DNA of 40,863 nt from Paracoccaceae bacterium (GCA_007131685.1 SLQD01000017.1:1-40863); one strand, 5' to 3'. Shown: positions 1 to 11,537, numbered from the stretch's first letter. Made by a program: numbers and translations. The notes: generated from the sequence alone by a model not told the origin.

Positions 1-177
1 ACCGCCAAGGACATCCGCCGCGAGGACGGAACCGCGATCCGCTTCGACCGCAACGCCGCCGTGATCCTCAACAATGCCGGCGACCCGATCGGCACGCGGA
101 TCTTCGGCCCGGTCCTGCGCGAGCTGCGCGCGAAGAACTTCATGAAGATCATCTCGCTGGCGCCGGAGGTGCTCTGA
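1..177 (+). CDS. rplN: 50S ribosomal protein L14, 3' part (5' end outside window)
   Basis: Frame 1 reads [58 protein letters not shown], the L14 C-terminus. Its TGA overlaps the rplX ATG. Confidence 0.97.
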   Translation, partial: TAKDIRREDGTAIRFDRNAAVILNNAGDPIGTRIFGPVLRELRAKNFMKIISLAPEVL

Positions 178-482
178 TGGCGGCAAAGCTGAAGAAGGGC
201 GACAAGGTCGTCGTGCTCACCGGCAAGGACAAGGGCAAGCAGGGCGAGATCACGCGCGTGATGCCCGCCGAGGGCAAGGCCGTGGTTGACGGTGTGAACG
301 TCTCGGTGCGCCACACCAAGCAGTCGCAGCGTAGCCAGGGCGGGCGCATCCCGCAGCCGATGCCGCTCGATCTGTCCAATCTCGCGCTCGTCGATGGCAA
401 CGGCAAGGCGACGCGGGCGGGCTTTCGCTTCGAGGACGGCAAGAAGGTGCGCTACGCCAAGACCACCGGGGAGGCGATCTGA
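177..482 (+). CDS. rplX: 50S ribosomal protein L24
   Basis: KOW motif [18 protein letters not shown]; spc operon position. Confidence 0.98.
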   Translation: MAAKLKKGDKVVVLTGKDKGKQGEITRVMPAEGKAVVDGVNVSVRHTKQSQRSQGGRIPQPMPLDLSNLALVDGNGKATRAGFRFEDGKKVRYAKTTGEAI

Positions 483-1042
483 TGCTCGACACCACGACAT
501 ATGAGCCGCGCCTGCGCAGGTTCTACCGCGACACGGTGCGCGCGAAGCTCAAGGAGCAGTTCGGCTACGGCAACGACATGCAGATCCCGCGTCTCGACAA
601 GATCGTGATCAACATGGGTGTGGGCGAAGCCGTCAAGGACTCCAAGAAGATCAAGTCCGCCGAGCAGGACCTGACGCTGATCGCCGGGCAGAAGCCGGTG
701 ATCACCAAGGCGAAGAACTCCGTCGCGGGGTTCCGGGTGCGCGAGGGGATGCCGCTCGGGGTGAAGGTGACCCTGCGCGGGGCGCGGATGTATGAATTCC
801 TCGACCGGATGATCAATGTGGCGCTGCCGCGGGTGCGCGACTTCCGCGGCCTGAAGGCCAACTCCTTCGACGGGCATGGCAACTACGCCATGGGCATCAA
901 GGAGCACATCGTCTTCCCCGAGGTCAATTACGACCAGGTCGACCAGATCTGGGGCATGGACGTGATCATCTGCACCACCGCGAAGACCGACGCGGAAGCC
1001 AGGGCCATGTTGACCGAGTTCAACATGCCCTTCACACGCTGA
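482..1042 (+). CDS. rplE: 50S ribosomal protein L5
   Basis: [34 protein letters not shown] motifs. Confidence 0.98.
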   Translation: MLDTTTYEPRLRRFYRDTVRAKLKEQFGYGNDMQIPRLDKIVINMGVGEAVKDSKKIKSAEQDLTLIAGQKPVITKAKNSVAGFRVREGMPLGVKVTLRGARMYEFLDRMINVALPRVRDFRGLKANSFDGHGNYAMGIKEHIVFPEVNYDQVDQIWGMDVIICTTAKTDAEARAMLTEFNMPFTR

Positions 1043-1060
1043 CGCGCAAGGAGAGAGAAC

Positions 1061-1366
1061 ATGGCCAAGAAAGCAATGGTCGAGCGCGAGAGGAAGCGCC
1101 AGCGCATGGTGCAGAAATACGCCGCCAGGCGCGCCGCGCTCAAGGAAATCGCCGCCGACACCAATCGCCCGATGGAGGAGCGCTTCAAGGCGCATCTCAA
1201 GCTCGCCGAGCTGCCGCGCAATTCCTCGCCGACGCGGCTGCACAATCGCTGTCAGCTCACGGGGCGGCCGAAGGCGTATCACCGCAAGCTGAAACTGTCG
1301 CGGATCGCGCTGCGGGACCTGGCCTCCAACGGCCAGATCCCCGGCATGGTCAAGTCGAGCTGGTAA
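1061..1366 (+). CDS. rpsN: 30S ribosomal protein S14 (long, zinc-independent type)
   Basis: 101 aa; [12 protein letters not shown]...IPGMVKSSW; only one Cys. Confidence 0.98.
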   Translation: MAKKAMVERERKRQRMVQKYAARRAALKEIAADTNRPMEERFKAHLKLAELPRNSSPTRLHNRCQLTGRPKAYHRKLKLSRIALRDLASNGQIPGMVKSSW

Positions 1367-1378
1367 GGAGGACGCACG

Positions 1379-1777
1379 ATGTCAGTGAGTGATCCTCTCG
1401 GCGACATGCTCACCCGCATCCGCAATGCACAGGTGCGCGGCAAGTCCACGGTGCGCACGCCGGCGTCGAAACTGCGCGCCTGGGTGCTCGATGTGCTGAT
1501 GGAAGAGGGCTATATCCGCGGCTACGAGCGCAGCACCGATGCGCGCGGGCTGCCCGAGCTCGAGATCAGCCTGAAATACGCCTCCGGCGCCCCGGCGATC
1601 CGCGAGCTCAAGCGCGTCTCGAAGCCCGGCCGCCGGGTCTATTCGGGTGCGCAGGAGATCCCGACGGTGCGCAACGGGCTGGGCGTGTCGATCGTCTCGA
1701 CACCCAAGGGCGTGATGTCAGATGCCGCCGCGCGCGCTGCCAATGTCGGCGGCGAAGTGCTCTGCCGCGTATTCTGA
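1379..1777 (+). CDS. rpsH: 30S ribosomal protein S8
   Basis: [29 protein letters not shown]; AGGAGG SD upstream. Confidence 0.98.
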   Translation: MSVSDPLGDMLTRIRNAQVRGKSTVRTPASKLRAWVLDVLMEEGYIRGYERSTDARGLPELEISLKYASGAPAIRELKRVSKPGRRVYSGAQEIPTVRNGLGVSIVSTPKGVMSDAAARAANVGGEVLCRVF

Positions 1778-1787
1778 GGAGGCCAGC

Positions 1788-2321
1788 ATGTCTCGAATTG
1801 GGAAACGGCCGGTCGGGATCCCTTCGGGTGTCACCGCGGAGATCTCGGGCCAGACCGTGAAGGTGAAGGGCCCCAAGGGCGAGCGCAGCTTCACGGCGAC
1901 CGACGATGTCACCATCGCGCAGGATGACGGCGTGATCCGCGTCACCCCGCGCGGCAACACCAAGCGCGCGCGCCAGCAATGGGGCATGAGCCGCACCATG
2001 GTGGCCAATCTCGTGCAGGGTGTGAGCTCGGGGTTCAAGCAGGAGCTCGAGCTCAGCGGCGTCGGTTACCGCGCGCAGATGCAGGGCAACAGCCTGAAGC
2101 TTTCGCTCGGGCTCAGCCACGACGTGAATTTCGAGGTTCCCGAGGGTGTCCAGATCGCCACCCCGAAGCCCACCGAGATCACCGTCGAGGGCATCGACCA
2201 GCAGGTCGTCGGAGAGGTTGCCGCGAATATCCGCAAGTGGCGCGCGCCGGAGCCCTACAAGGGCAAGGGCATCCGCTACAAGGACGAGTATATCTTCCGC
2301 AAGGAAGGCAAGAAGAAGTAG
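1788..2321 (+). CDS. rplF: 50S ribosomal protein L6
   Basis: MSRIGKRPV start (ATG 1788 after GAGGAGG); [11 protein letters not shown]...RKEGKKK. Confidence 0.98.
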   Translation: MSRIGKRPVGIPSGVTAEISGQTVKVKGPKGERSFTATDDVTIAQDDGVIRVTPRGNTKRARQQWGMSRTMVANLVQGVSSGFKQELELSGVGYRAQMQGNSLKLSLGLSHDVNFEVPEGVQIATPKPTEITVEGIDQQVVGEVAANIRKWRAPEPYKGKGIRYKDEYIFRKEGKKK

Positions 2322-2330
2322 GGGCGCGAC

Positions 2331-2690
2331 ATGGCGAACAGCAAGAGAAAGACGTTCGAGAAGCGCCGCCTTCGCGTGCGCAGCCGGCTGCGCAAGCTCG
2401 CCGGGGGCCGCGCGCGCCTGTCGGTGCACCGCTCGAACAAGAATATCAGCGTGCAGCTCATTGATGATGCCGCGGGCCGTACCCTCGCCGCCGCCTCGAC
2501 CGCCGAGAAGGATCTCGGCCATGTCGGGCGCAACAATCTTGAGGCTGCGGGTGCGGTCGGCGCCAAGATCGCCGAGCGCGCCAAGGCCGCAGGGGTCGAG
2601 GCGTGCTATTTCGATCGTGGGGGATACCTCTATCACGGCAAGATCAAGGCGCTCGCGGAGGCGGCCCGCGAGGGCGGCCTGAAGTTCTAG
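2331..2690 (+). CDS. rplR: 50S ribosomal protein L18
   Basis: [37 protein letters not shown]. Confidence 0.98.
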   Translation: MANSKRKTFEKRRLRVRSRLRKLAGGRARLSVHRSNKNISVQLIDDAAGRTLAAASTAEKDLGHVGRNNLEAAGAVGAKIAERAKAAGVEACYFDRGGYLYHGKIKALAEAAREGGLKF

Positions 2691-2699
2691 GAGGCGATC

Positions 2700-3245
2700 A
2701 TGGCACGAGACGACAACCGCAGGGGCCGCGACGAGTCCCCCGAATTCGCCGATCGCCTGGTCGCGATCAACCGGGTTTCCAAGACCGTGAAGGGCGGCAA
2801 GCGCTTCGGTTTCGCCGCGCTCGTGGTCGTGGGCGATCAGAAGGGCCGCGTGGGCTTCGGCAAGGGCAAGGCCAAGGAGGTCCCCGAGGCGATCCGCAAG
2901 GCCACCGAGCAGGCCAAGCGCAACCTGATCCGTGTGCCGCTGCGCGAGGGGCGCACGCTGCATCACGATATCGAGGGCCATCACGGCGCCGGGCGCGTGG
3001 TGCTGCGCAGCGCGCGGCCGGGCACCGGGATCATCGCCGGCGGCCCGATCCGCGCCGTCTTCGAGATGCTGGGGGTTCAGGACGTGGTGGCCAAGTCGGT
3101 GGGCACGCAGAACCCCTACAACATGATCCGTGCCGTGCTCGACGGCTTGCGCAACGAGTCGAGCCCGCGCATGGTCGCGCAGCGGCGCGGCAAGAAGGTT
3201 TCGGAGATCCTGCGCAAGCCGGAGTCCGAGCCGGCCGAAGCCTGA
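2700..3245 (+). CDS. rpsE: 30S ribosomal protein S5
   Basis: [32 protein letters not shown]. Confidence 0.98.
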   Translation: MARDDNRRGRDESPEFADRLVAINRVSKTVKGGKRFGFAALVVVGDQKGRVGFGKGKAKEVPEAIRKATEQAKRNLIRVPLREGRTLHHDIEGHHGAGRVVLRSARPGTGIIAGGPIRAVFEMLGVQDVVAKSVGTQNPYNMIRAVLDGLRNESSPRMVAQRRGKKVSEILRKPESEPAEA

Positions 3246-3256
3246 GGAGAGGGACA

Positions 3257-3445
3257 ATGGCAAAGACCATCGTCGTCAAGCAGATCGGCTCGCCGATCCG
3301 CCGGCCGGCCGAGCAGCGCCAGACGCTGATCGGGCTCGGCCTCAACAAGATGCATCGCACCCGCGAGCTCGAGGACACGCCCGCCGTGCGCGGCATGGTG
3401 CGCAAGATCCCGCATCTCGTGGAGATCGTGGAAGAGCGCGACTGA
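3257..3445 (+). CDS. rpmD: 50S ribosomal protein L30
   Basis: [17 protein letters not shown]...[21 protein letters not shown]; true start ATG 3257 inside track ORF 2603..3445, GAGGAG upstream. Confidence 0.97.
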   Translation: MAKTIVVKQIGSPIRRPAEQRQTLIGLGLNKMHRTRELEDTPAVRGMVRKIPHLVEIVEERD

Positions 3446-3537
3446 GGCGCGCGTGCCCGGCCGTGCCGGGCGCAGATGGACCGAGTTGAGCCCGGGCGTC
3501 GCTTCCCGGTCTCCATCCGGCAAGAGGAGCAAGCGAC

Positions 3538-4023
3538 ATGAAACTGAACGATCTGCGCGACAATCCGGGCGCGACCCCGCGCAAGCAGCGTGTCGGGCGC
3601 GGCCCCGGCTCGGGCCGCGGCAAGACCGCCGGGCGCGGCATCAAGGGGCAGAAATCGCGCTCGGGCGTGGCCATCAAGGGCTTCGAGGGCGGACAGATGC
3701 CGATCTATCAGCGCCTGCCCAAGCGCGGCTTCAACAAGCCGGGCCGCAAGGACTGGGCGGTGGTCAATCTGGGGTTGATCCAGAAATTCATCGAGGCCGG
3801 CAAGCTCGATGCGGGCCAGCCGATCACCGAGGACGCGCTCGTGGCGTCGGGGCTGGTGCGGCGCAAGCGCGACGGGATCCGCGTGCTCGCCAAGGGCGAT
3901 TTCGCCACGAAGGCCGAGATCCGCGTCTCCGGCGCCTCGCGTCCGGCGGTCGCGGCGGTCGAGGCGGCGGGCGGCACGCTCACGGTCACGACTGCGACAG
4001 CCCCGGCGGCGGCGTCCGATTAA
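3538..4023 (+). CDS. rplO: 50S ribosomal protein L15
   Basis: [33 protein letters not shown]...RLPKRGF. Confidence 0.98.
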   Translation: MKLNDLRDNPGATPRKQRVGRGPGSGRGKTAGRGIKGQKSRSGVAIKGFEGGQMPIYQRLPKRGFNKPGRKDWAVVNLGLIQKFIEAGKLDAGQPITEDALVASGLVRRKRDGIRVLAKGDFATKAEIRVSGASRPAVAAVEAAGGTLTVTTATAPAAASD

Positions 4024-4026
4024 AGG

Positions 4027-4055
4027 TTGTCCGCTGCGGGCAGGGCGCTTAGACC
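4027..4055 (+). promoter_or_regulatory. Putative sigma70 promoter for secY-adk
   Basis: TTGTCC(4027-4032)-N17-TAGACC(4050-4055); pattern match only. Confidence 0.45.
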
Positions 4056-4124
4056 TGCCGCACGGTTTTTCCGCGCCGCCGCCCGGGAACCGGGCCGGCG
4101 GCGCCGTGACGAAAGAGACATGGC

Positions 4125-5494
<1,370 letters not shown>

Positions 5495-5498
<4 letters not shown>

Positions 5499-6142
5499 AC
5501 ATCATCCTTCTCGGCCCGCCGGGAGCGGGCAAGGGCACGCAGGCGCGGCGCCTCATGGACAAGCGCGGCATGGTGCAGCTTTCGACGGGCGACATGCTGC
5601 GCGAGGCGCGCAGTTCCGGCTCGGCGATGGGAAAGCGTGTCGCGGAGGTGATGGATCGCGGCGCGCTCGTCACCGACGACATCGTGATCGGCCTGATCGA
5701 GGAAAAGCTCGCCGGGGGCGCGCCGGGTGGCTTCATCTTCGACGGTTTTCCGCGCACCCTCGCGCAGGCCGACGCGCTCGAGGGCCTCACCGAGCGGATG
5801 GGGCAGGAACTTTCGGCGGTGATCGAGATGCAGGTCGATGACGAGGCGCTCATCGAGCGCGTCACGGGCCGCTTCACCTGCGGCAACTGCGGCGCCGTCT
5901 ACCATGAGCGCACCCATCCCACGGCCGTGGAAGGGGTCTGCGATGCCTGCGGCTCCGGGGATCTGCGCAAGCGCGCGGACGACAATGCGGATAGCATGCG
6001 CCAGCGGTTGATGGAATACTACAAGAAGACATCGCCGTTGCTCGGCTATTACCATGCCAAGGGGCTGCTGCGCAGCATCGATGGGCTCGCCGCGATGGAC
6101 GTTGTCGAGCGCGCCATCGCCGAGCTGCTCGATCGGGCTTGA
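5495..6142 (+). CDS. adk: Adenylate kinase (Cys4 metal-binding LID type)
   Basis: [18 protein letters not shown]-loop, STGDMLR, FDGFPRT; LID CGNC...CDAC; ATGA overlap with secY. Confidence 0.98.
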
Positions 6143-6167
6143 CCTCGCCGCGGTGAAGGCCTAGGCG
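6139..6167 (+). promoter_or_regulatory. Putative sigma70 promoter of the rpsM-rpsK-rpoA-rplQ operon
   Basis: TTGACC(6139-6144)-N17-TAGGCG(6162-6167). Confidence 0.5.
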
Positions 6168-6305
6168 ACACCATCCTGCCGGGGTCCGAGCGATTCCCGG
6201 TCCGGAGCGCAGCTTGAATATGACATCGCCGGGCGCCCCGCGCCGGGCGAGCGTTGTGAAAAAAGGTTCCGGGATTACGGAACCGCAACGAAAGGACGAA
6301 ACCGC

Positions 6306-6674
6306 GTGGCACGAATTGCTGGCGTCAATATCCCGACGGGGAAACGCATCCCCATCGCACTGACCTATATCCATGGCATCGGCCCGAGCACGGCGCGCAG
6401 GATCTGCGAGACCGTGGGCGTCGATGCCGCCCGCCGCGTCAACGAGCTTTCGGATGCCGAAGTGATGGCGATCCGCGAGCACATCGACGCCAACGAATCC
6501 GTCGAGGGCGACCTGCGCCGCGAGGTGCAGATGAACATCAAGCGGATGATGGACATGGGCTCCTATCGCGGCCTGCGCCACCGGCGCAATCTGCCCGTGC
6601 GCGGCCAGCGCACCCATACCAATGCCCGTACCCGCAAGGGTCCGGCGAAACCCATCGCCGGCAAGAAGAAGTAA
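6306..6674 (+). CDS. rpsM: 30S ribosomal protein S13
   Basis: GTG start, [35 protein letters not shown]. Confidence 0.98.
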   Translation: MARIAGVNIPTGKRIPIALTYIHGIGPSTARRICETVGVDAARRVNELSDAEVMAIREHIDANESVEGDLRREVQMNIKRMMDMGSYRGLRHRRNLPVRGQRTHTNARTRKGPAKPIAGKKK

Positions 6675-6683
6675 GGGGGCACC

Positions 6684-7073
6684 ATGGCACGGGACAAGAC
6701 GCGCGTTAAGCGCAAGGAACGCAAGAATATTGCCGCCGGGGTCGCACATGTGAACTCCAGCTTCAACAACACCAAGGTGCTGATCTCGGATGTGCAGGGC
6801 AATTCCATCTCCTGGTCTTCCGCCGGGGCGATGGGCTTCAAGGGCTCGCGCAAGTCGACACCCTATGCAGCGCAGCTCGCCGCCGAGGATGCCGGCCGCA
6901 AGGCGCAGGAGCACGGCATGAAGACCCTCGATGTCGAGGTGCAGGGGCCGGGCTCGGGCCGCGAGTCGGCGCTGCGCGCGCTCGCCGCCGTGGGCTTCAA
7001 CATCACCGCGATCCGCGATGTCACTCCGATCGCGCATAACGGGTGCCGGCCGCCCAAACGTCGCCGCGTGTAA
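6684..7073 (+). CDS. rpsK: 30S ribosomal protein S11
   Basis: [38 protein letters not shown]. Confidence 0.98.
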   Translation: MARDKTRVKRKERKNIAAGVAHVNSSFNNTKVLISDVQGNSISWSSAGAMGFKGSRKSTPYAAQLAAEDAGRKAQEHGMKTLDVEVQGPGSGRESALRALAAVGFNITAIRDVTPIAHNGCRPPKRRRV

Positions 7074-7190
7074 GGACGCGTTCGAGTTTGCCGGGCTGCA
7101 CGCGCCGCGTGCGGCCCGGCGCTGTCATTTGATCCTCGGGCGTCGCCGGCTTTCGGACATGGGCCGGCGACAGGAATGGAGGCGACACGC

Positions 7191-8207
7191 ATGATCCACA
7201 AGAACTGGCAGGAGCTGATCAAGCCGACTCAGCTCGGCATCAAGCCCGGCAACGACCCGGCCCGTCAGGCCGTCGTCACCGCCGAACCACTCGAACGCGG
7301 CTTCGGCCTCACCCTCGGCAACGCGCTGCGCCGCGTGCTCTTGTCGTCGCTGCAGGGCGCGGCGATCACCTCGGTGCAGATCGACAACGTCCTGCACGAG
7401 TTCTCCTCGGTCTCGGGCGTGCGCGAGGACGTGACCGATATCGTGCTCAACCTCAAGGGCGTCGCGATCCGCATGGAGGTCGACGGGCCCAAGCGGCTGC
7501 AGATCTCGGCCAAGGGCCCGGGGGTCGTCACCGCCGCGGACATTTCGGAATCGAACGGTATCGAGGTGCTCAACAAGGACCATGTCATCTGCCATCTCGA
7601 CGAGGCGTCCGAGGTGTTCATGGAGCTCACCGTCAATACCGGCAAGGGCTATGTCCCGGCCGACCGCAACCGCCCCGAGGACGCGCCCATCGGGCTGATC
7701 CCGATCGACGCGATCTACTCGCCGGTCAAGCGCGTCTCCTATGACGTGCAGCCGACCCGCGAGGGCCAGGTGCTCGATTACGACAAGCTCACGCTGAAGA
7801 TCGACACCGATGGCGCGGTCTCGCCCGAGGACGCGGTGGCCTATGCCGCGCGCATCCTGCAGGACCAGCTGCAGATCTTCGTCAACTTCGACGAGCCCGA
7901 ATCCGCCGGCCGCCAGGACGACGATGACGGGCTGGAATTCAACCCGCTGCTGCTCAAGAAGGTCGACGAACTCGAGCTTTCGGTGCGCTCGGCCAATTGC
8001 CTCAAGAACGACAACATCGTCTATATCGGCGATCTGATCCAGAAGACCGAGGCGGAGATGCTGCGCACGCCGAATTTCGGCCGCAAGTCGCTCAACGAGA
8101 TCAAGGAAGTGCTCTCGGGGATGGGGCTGCATCTTGGCATGGATGTCGAGGACTGGCCGCCGGACGACATCGAGGATCTCGCCAAGAAATACGAAGACCA
8201 GTTCTAG
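7191..8207 (+). CDS. rpoA: DNA-directed RNA polymerase subunit alpha
   Basis: [43 protein letters not shown]; start [12 protein letters not shown] after GGAGG. Confidence 0.99.
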   Translation: MIHKNWQELIKPTQLGIKPGNDPARQAVVTAEPLERGFGLTLGNALRRVLLSSLQGAAITSVQIDNVLHEFSSVSGVREDVTDIVLNLKGVAIRMEVDGPKRLQISAKGPGVVTAADISESNGIEVLNKDHVICHLDEASEVFMELTVNTGKGYVPADRNRPEDAPIGLIPIDAIYSPVKRVSYDVQPTREGQVLDYDKLTLKIDTDGAVSPEDAVAYAARILQDQLQIFVNFDEPESAGRQDDDDGLEFNPLLLKKVDELELSVRSANCLKNDNIVYIGDLIQKTEAEMLRTPNFGRKSLNEIKEVLSGMGLHLGMDVEDWPPDDIEDLAKKYEDQF

Positions 8208-8282
8208 GGCCACGCGCCCCAAGGGGAGCGGCGCCCGCGCAGGCGCCGCCGGACAAAGCAAAATCGACCAAGGAGACATCAC

Positions 8283-8702
8283 ATGCGCCACGGAACCGGT
8301 TACCGCAAGCTCAACCGCACGCATGAGCACCGCAAGGCCATGTTCGCCAACATGGCCGGCTCGCTCATCGAGCATGAGCAGATCAAGACGACGCTGCCCA
8401 AGGCCAAGGAGCTTCGCCGCGTTGTCGAGAAACTCGTCACGCTGGCCAAGCGCGGCGATCTGCACGCCCGCCGCCAGGCGGCCGCGCGGCTCAAGCAGGA
8501 TCAGCACGTGGCCAAGCTCTTCGAGGTGCTCGGCCCGCGCTATGCCGAGCGGGCGGGCGGCTATGTCCGGGTGCTCAAGGCGGGCTTTCGCTACGGCGAC
8601 ATGGCGCCGATGGCGATCATCGAGCTCGTCGATCGGGACGCACAAGCCAAGGGTGCCGCCGACCGCGCGCGGCTGGAGGCCGACGAGGCCGCCGAGGACT
8701 GA
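8283..8702 (+). CDS. rplQ: 50S ribosomal protein L17
   Basis: [40 protein letters not shown]. Confidence 0.98.
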   Translation: MRHGTGYRKLNRTHEHRKAMFANMAGSLIEHEQIKTTLPKAKELRRVVEKLVTLAKRGDLHARRQAAARLKQDQHVAKLFEVLGPRYAERAGGYVRVLKAGFRYGDMAPMAIIELVDRDAQAKGAADRARLEADEAAED

Positions 8703-8725
8703 GACGCTCGCGGGCGCGTGACGAC

Positions 8726-8751
8726 AGGGCCGTGCCATGCGCGGCCCTTTT
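8726..8751 (+). terminator. Putative intrinsic terminator after rplQ
   Basis: AGGGCCGTGC-CAT-GCGCGGCCCT hairpin (one G-U pair) followed by a short T run. Confidence 0.6.
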
Positions 8752-8805
8752 CCGTGCCGCGACGGCGCGCTTGTTCGCACCCGGCCGGCACGCTAGGTGA
8801 GGCGG

Positions 8806-9609
8806 ATGAAACGCTTCATTCCCTTCATGACGCCCGACCCGCTGGTCGCGGTGATCCGGCTCGACGGCGTCATCGCCGGCGGCGGACGCACGGCGCCGCG
8901 GCTCAACGACGCAAGCCTCGCTCCCGTGATCGAGCGCGCCTTCACTCGTGGCAAGCCGAAGGCCGTGGCGCTGGTGGTGAATTCGCCCGGCGGCTCTCCG
9001 GTGCAGAGCGCGCTGATCGCGGCGCGGATCCGGCGGCTCGCCAAGGAAAAGACCGTCCCTGTGCACGCCTTCGTCGAGGATGTGGCCGCCTCGGGCGGTT
9101 ACTGGCTGGCGACGGCGGCGGATCACATCTGGGTCGATGACTCCTCGATCATGGGCTCGATCGGGGTGATCTCGGCGGGCTTCGGGTTTCACGAGTTCAT
9201 CACCCGCTACGGGGTCGAGCGCCGGGTTTACACGGCGGGCAAGTCGAAGAGCATGCTCGACCCGTTCCAGCCCGAGAAGCCAGAGGATGTCACGCGGCTG
9301 CGCGCCCTGCAGGACACGATCCACGAGCGCTTCATCGCCGAGGTGAAGGCCCGGCGCGGCGATCGGCTGCAGGGCGGAGACGAGCTCTTCACCGGCGAGA
9401 TCTGGGCGGGGCGGGGCGCCGTCGAGGTCGGGCTGGCCGACGGGGTCGATCATCTCGTGCCGAAGATGAAGGCGGTCTATGGCGACAAGGTGCGGCTGGT
9501 GCCCTACGGGCTGCGGCGGCCCTTCTTCCAGCGGCTGGGGGCGCAACTGCTCGATGGCGCCACGGCCGGCATCGAGGACCGCGCGCTCTGGGCGCGGTAT
9601 GGGCTCTGA
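8806..9609 (+). CDS. S49 family peptidase (SppA/SohB-like)
   Basis: VNSPGGSPV, DVAASGGYW (catalytic Ser), GSIGV, TAGKSKS (Lys), FTGEIW...GLADG. Confidence 0.92.
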   Translation: MKRFIPFMTPDPLVAVIRLDGVIAGGGRTAPRLNDASLAPVIERAFTRGKPKAVALVVNSPGGSPVQSALIAARIRRLAKEKTVPVHAFVEDVAASGGYWLATAADHIWVDDSSIMGSIGVISAGFGFHEFITRYGVERRVYTAGKSKSMLDPFQPEKPEDVTRLRALQDTIHERFIAEVKARRGDRLQGGDELFTGEIWAGRGAVEVGLADGVDHLVPKMKAVYGDKVRLVPYGLRRPFFQRLGAQLLDGATAGIEDRALWARYGL

Positions 9610-9612
9610 GCG

Positions 9613-9795
9613 ATGCTCAATGTCGTCTTCCTGTTTCTCATCTTCATCGCGGTGCTGGGCGTGATGGGCAAGCTGCGGCTGATCAGGCCCGGCGGCAGCA
9701 GAAGGCGCACGAAGCTGCCGCGGCCGCGCAAGTGCCGTGCCTGCGGGCGGTTCCTGCTCGGCTCGGCCGGATGTGACTGTGGCGGGACCCGCTGA
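9613..9795 (+). CDS. Small membrane-anchored protein with CxxC...CxC motif, unknown function
   Basis: 60 aa; fills the gap between neighbours with 3-bp spacers on each side; hydrophobic N-terminus, basic middle, CRAC...CDC end. Confidence 0.75.
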   Translation: MLNVVFLFLIFIAVLGVMGKLRLIRPGGSRRRTKLPRPRKCRACGRFLLGSAGCDCGGTR

Positions 9796-9798
9796 GCG

Positions 9799-10755
9799 GT
9801 GGTCTGGGATGCGGCGCTCGTGGTCGCGGGATTGGCGGTGCTGCTGGTGGCGGGCGACATGCTGGTGCGTGGGGCGGTCGATGCGAGCCTGAAGCTCGGC
9901 GTGCCGGCGGTGCTCGTGGGACTCAGCGTGGTGGCGTTCGGCACCTCGGCGCCGGAGCTGGTCGTCGCGGTCAATGCGGTGCTGGCGGGGGTGCCGGGGC
10001 TGGCGCTCGGCAATGTGGTGGGCTCGAACACGGCGAATGTGCTGCTCGTTCTCGGGGCGCCGGCGCTGCTGTTCGGGATCTGCCCGGCGGCGGATCGCGA
10101 CACGCGGCGCAACTTCGTGATCATGCTCGCGGTGTCGGTGCTGTTCATCGCGCTCTGCATGGCCGGGCCGTTTCGCGGGCCGCATGCGCTGGTGCTTCTG
10201 GGCGCGCTTGCTGCGGTCCTGGCCGAATGGTGGCGCAGCGCCGGGCGGCATCGCGGCCTTGCGGCCAAGATTCCCGAACGGGCTGACCGGGCGCTGCGCT
10301 GGCCGCTGGTGCTGATGCTGGTGGGGGTGGGGCTGGTCGGGCTGCCGCTCGGCGCGGAGATGCTGGTGCGCGGCTCGGTTTCCATGGCGACGGCCTTCGG
10401 GGTCAGCGAGACGGCGATCGGGCTGACCATCGTCGCGGCGGGAACTTCGCTGCCCGAGCTTGCCACGACGCTGATGGCGGCGCGCCGGCGCGAGGTGGGG
10501 GTCGCGCTCGGCAACGTGATCGGCTCCAATATCTTCAACCTGCTGGCGGTCATCGGCATCGCGGGGCTCGTCGGGCCGCTGCCGGTGCCCGACGGGATGC
10601 TGCGGGTGGATCTTTGGGTCATGCTCGCCGCCTCGGCGGTGCTGGCGCCGGTGATTGCGGGGCGGGTGACGCTATCGCGGCCGTTGGGTCTGGGCTTGAC
10701 GGCGGCTTACGCGGCTTATGTCACACTGCTGTTCATCAATGGAGGGCTGTGGTGA
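9799..10755 (+). CDS. Calcium/sodium antiporter (YrbG-like, CaCA superfamily)
   Basis: Two alpha repeats: FGTSAPE...GNVVGSNTAN and AGTSLPE...GNVIGSNIFN. Confidence 0.93.
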   Translation: MVWDAALVVAGLAVLLVAGDMLVRGAVDASLKLGVPAVLVGLSVVAFGTSAPELVVAVNAVLAGVPGLALGNVVGSNTANVLLVLGAPALLFGICPAADRDTRRNFVIMLAVSVLFIALCMAGPFRGPHALVLLGALAAVLAEWWRSAGRHRGLAAKIPERADRALRWPLVLMLVGVGLVGLPLGAEMLVRGSVSMATAFGVSETAIGLTIVAAGTSLPELATTLMAARRREVGVALGNVIGSNIFNLLAVIGIAGLVGPLPVPDGMLRVDLWVMLAASAVLAPVIAGRVTLSRPLGLGLTAAYAAYVTLLFINGGLW

Positions 10756-11537
10756 TGCGGGGCAGGGCGCTGGTGACCGGGGCCGGCAAGCGGATCGGGC
10801 GCGCTCTGGCGCTGTATCTCGCGGGGCGCGGCTGGGATGTCGCGGTTCATTATGCGACGGCGCGTGCCGAGGCGGAGGCGACAGTGGCCGAGCTGCGCGC
10901 ACAGGGCGCCGCGGCCTGCGCGCTGCAGGCGGACCTGCTCGAGGAGGCCGCGGCGCAGGCGCTGGTCCCGCGCGCGGCGGCCGAGCTCGGCGGGCCACTG
11001 TCGCTGCTGGTCAACAACGCCTCGATCTTCGAGCATGACGATCTTGCCAGCATGACCCGCACGAGCTGGGACCGGCACATCGAGTCGAATCTTCGCGCGC
11101 CGGTGGTGCTGGCGCAGGCTTTCGCCGCGCAGGCGCCCGGCGCGAGCGAGGATGCCGCCGGCGAGCCACGCGCCGGCGCGCAGATCGTCAACATCATTGA
11201 CCAGCGCGTGCGCAAGCTCACGCCGGAATTCATGAGTTACACCATCGCCAAGTCCGGGCTCTGGACCTTCACGCAGACCGCGGCGCAGGCGCTCGCCCCC
11301 GGTATCCGGGTCAACGCCATCGGGCCGGGCCCGACGGTGCAGGGCGTGCGCCAGTCGCCGGAGCATTTCGCCCGCCAGCGCGCGGCAACCCCGCTCGGCC
11401 GCGGCGCCGGTCCGCAGGACATCGCCGACGCGCTCGGTTATCTCATGGATGCACCGGCCGTGACCGGGCAGCTGATCTGTGTCGATGGCGGGCAGCACCT
11501 GGCCTGGCAAACCCCCGACGTGCTCGGGGTCGAGTAG
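10755..11537 (+). CDS. SDR oxidoreductase, pteridine reductase/FolM-like
   Basis: ALVTGAGKRIG, LVNNASIF, YTIAK catalytic motif, VTGQLICVDGG; TGATG overlap with antiporter. Confidence 0.88.
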   Translation: MRGRALVTGAGKRIGRALALYLAGRGWDVAVHYATARAEAEATVAELRAQGAAACALQADLLEEAAAQALVPRAAAELGGPLSLLVNNASIFEHDDLASMTRTSWDRHIESNLRAPVVLAQAFAAQAPGASEDAAGEPRAGAQIVNIIDQRVRKLTPEFMSYTIAKSGLWTFTQTAAQALAPGIRVNAIGPGPTVQGVRQSPEHFARQRAATPLGRGAGPQDIADALGYLMDAPAVTGQLICVDGGQHLAWQTPDVLGVE

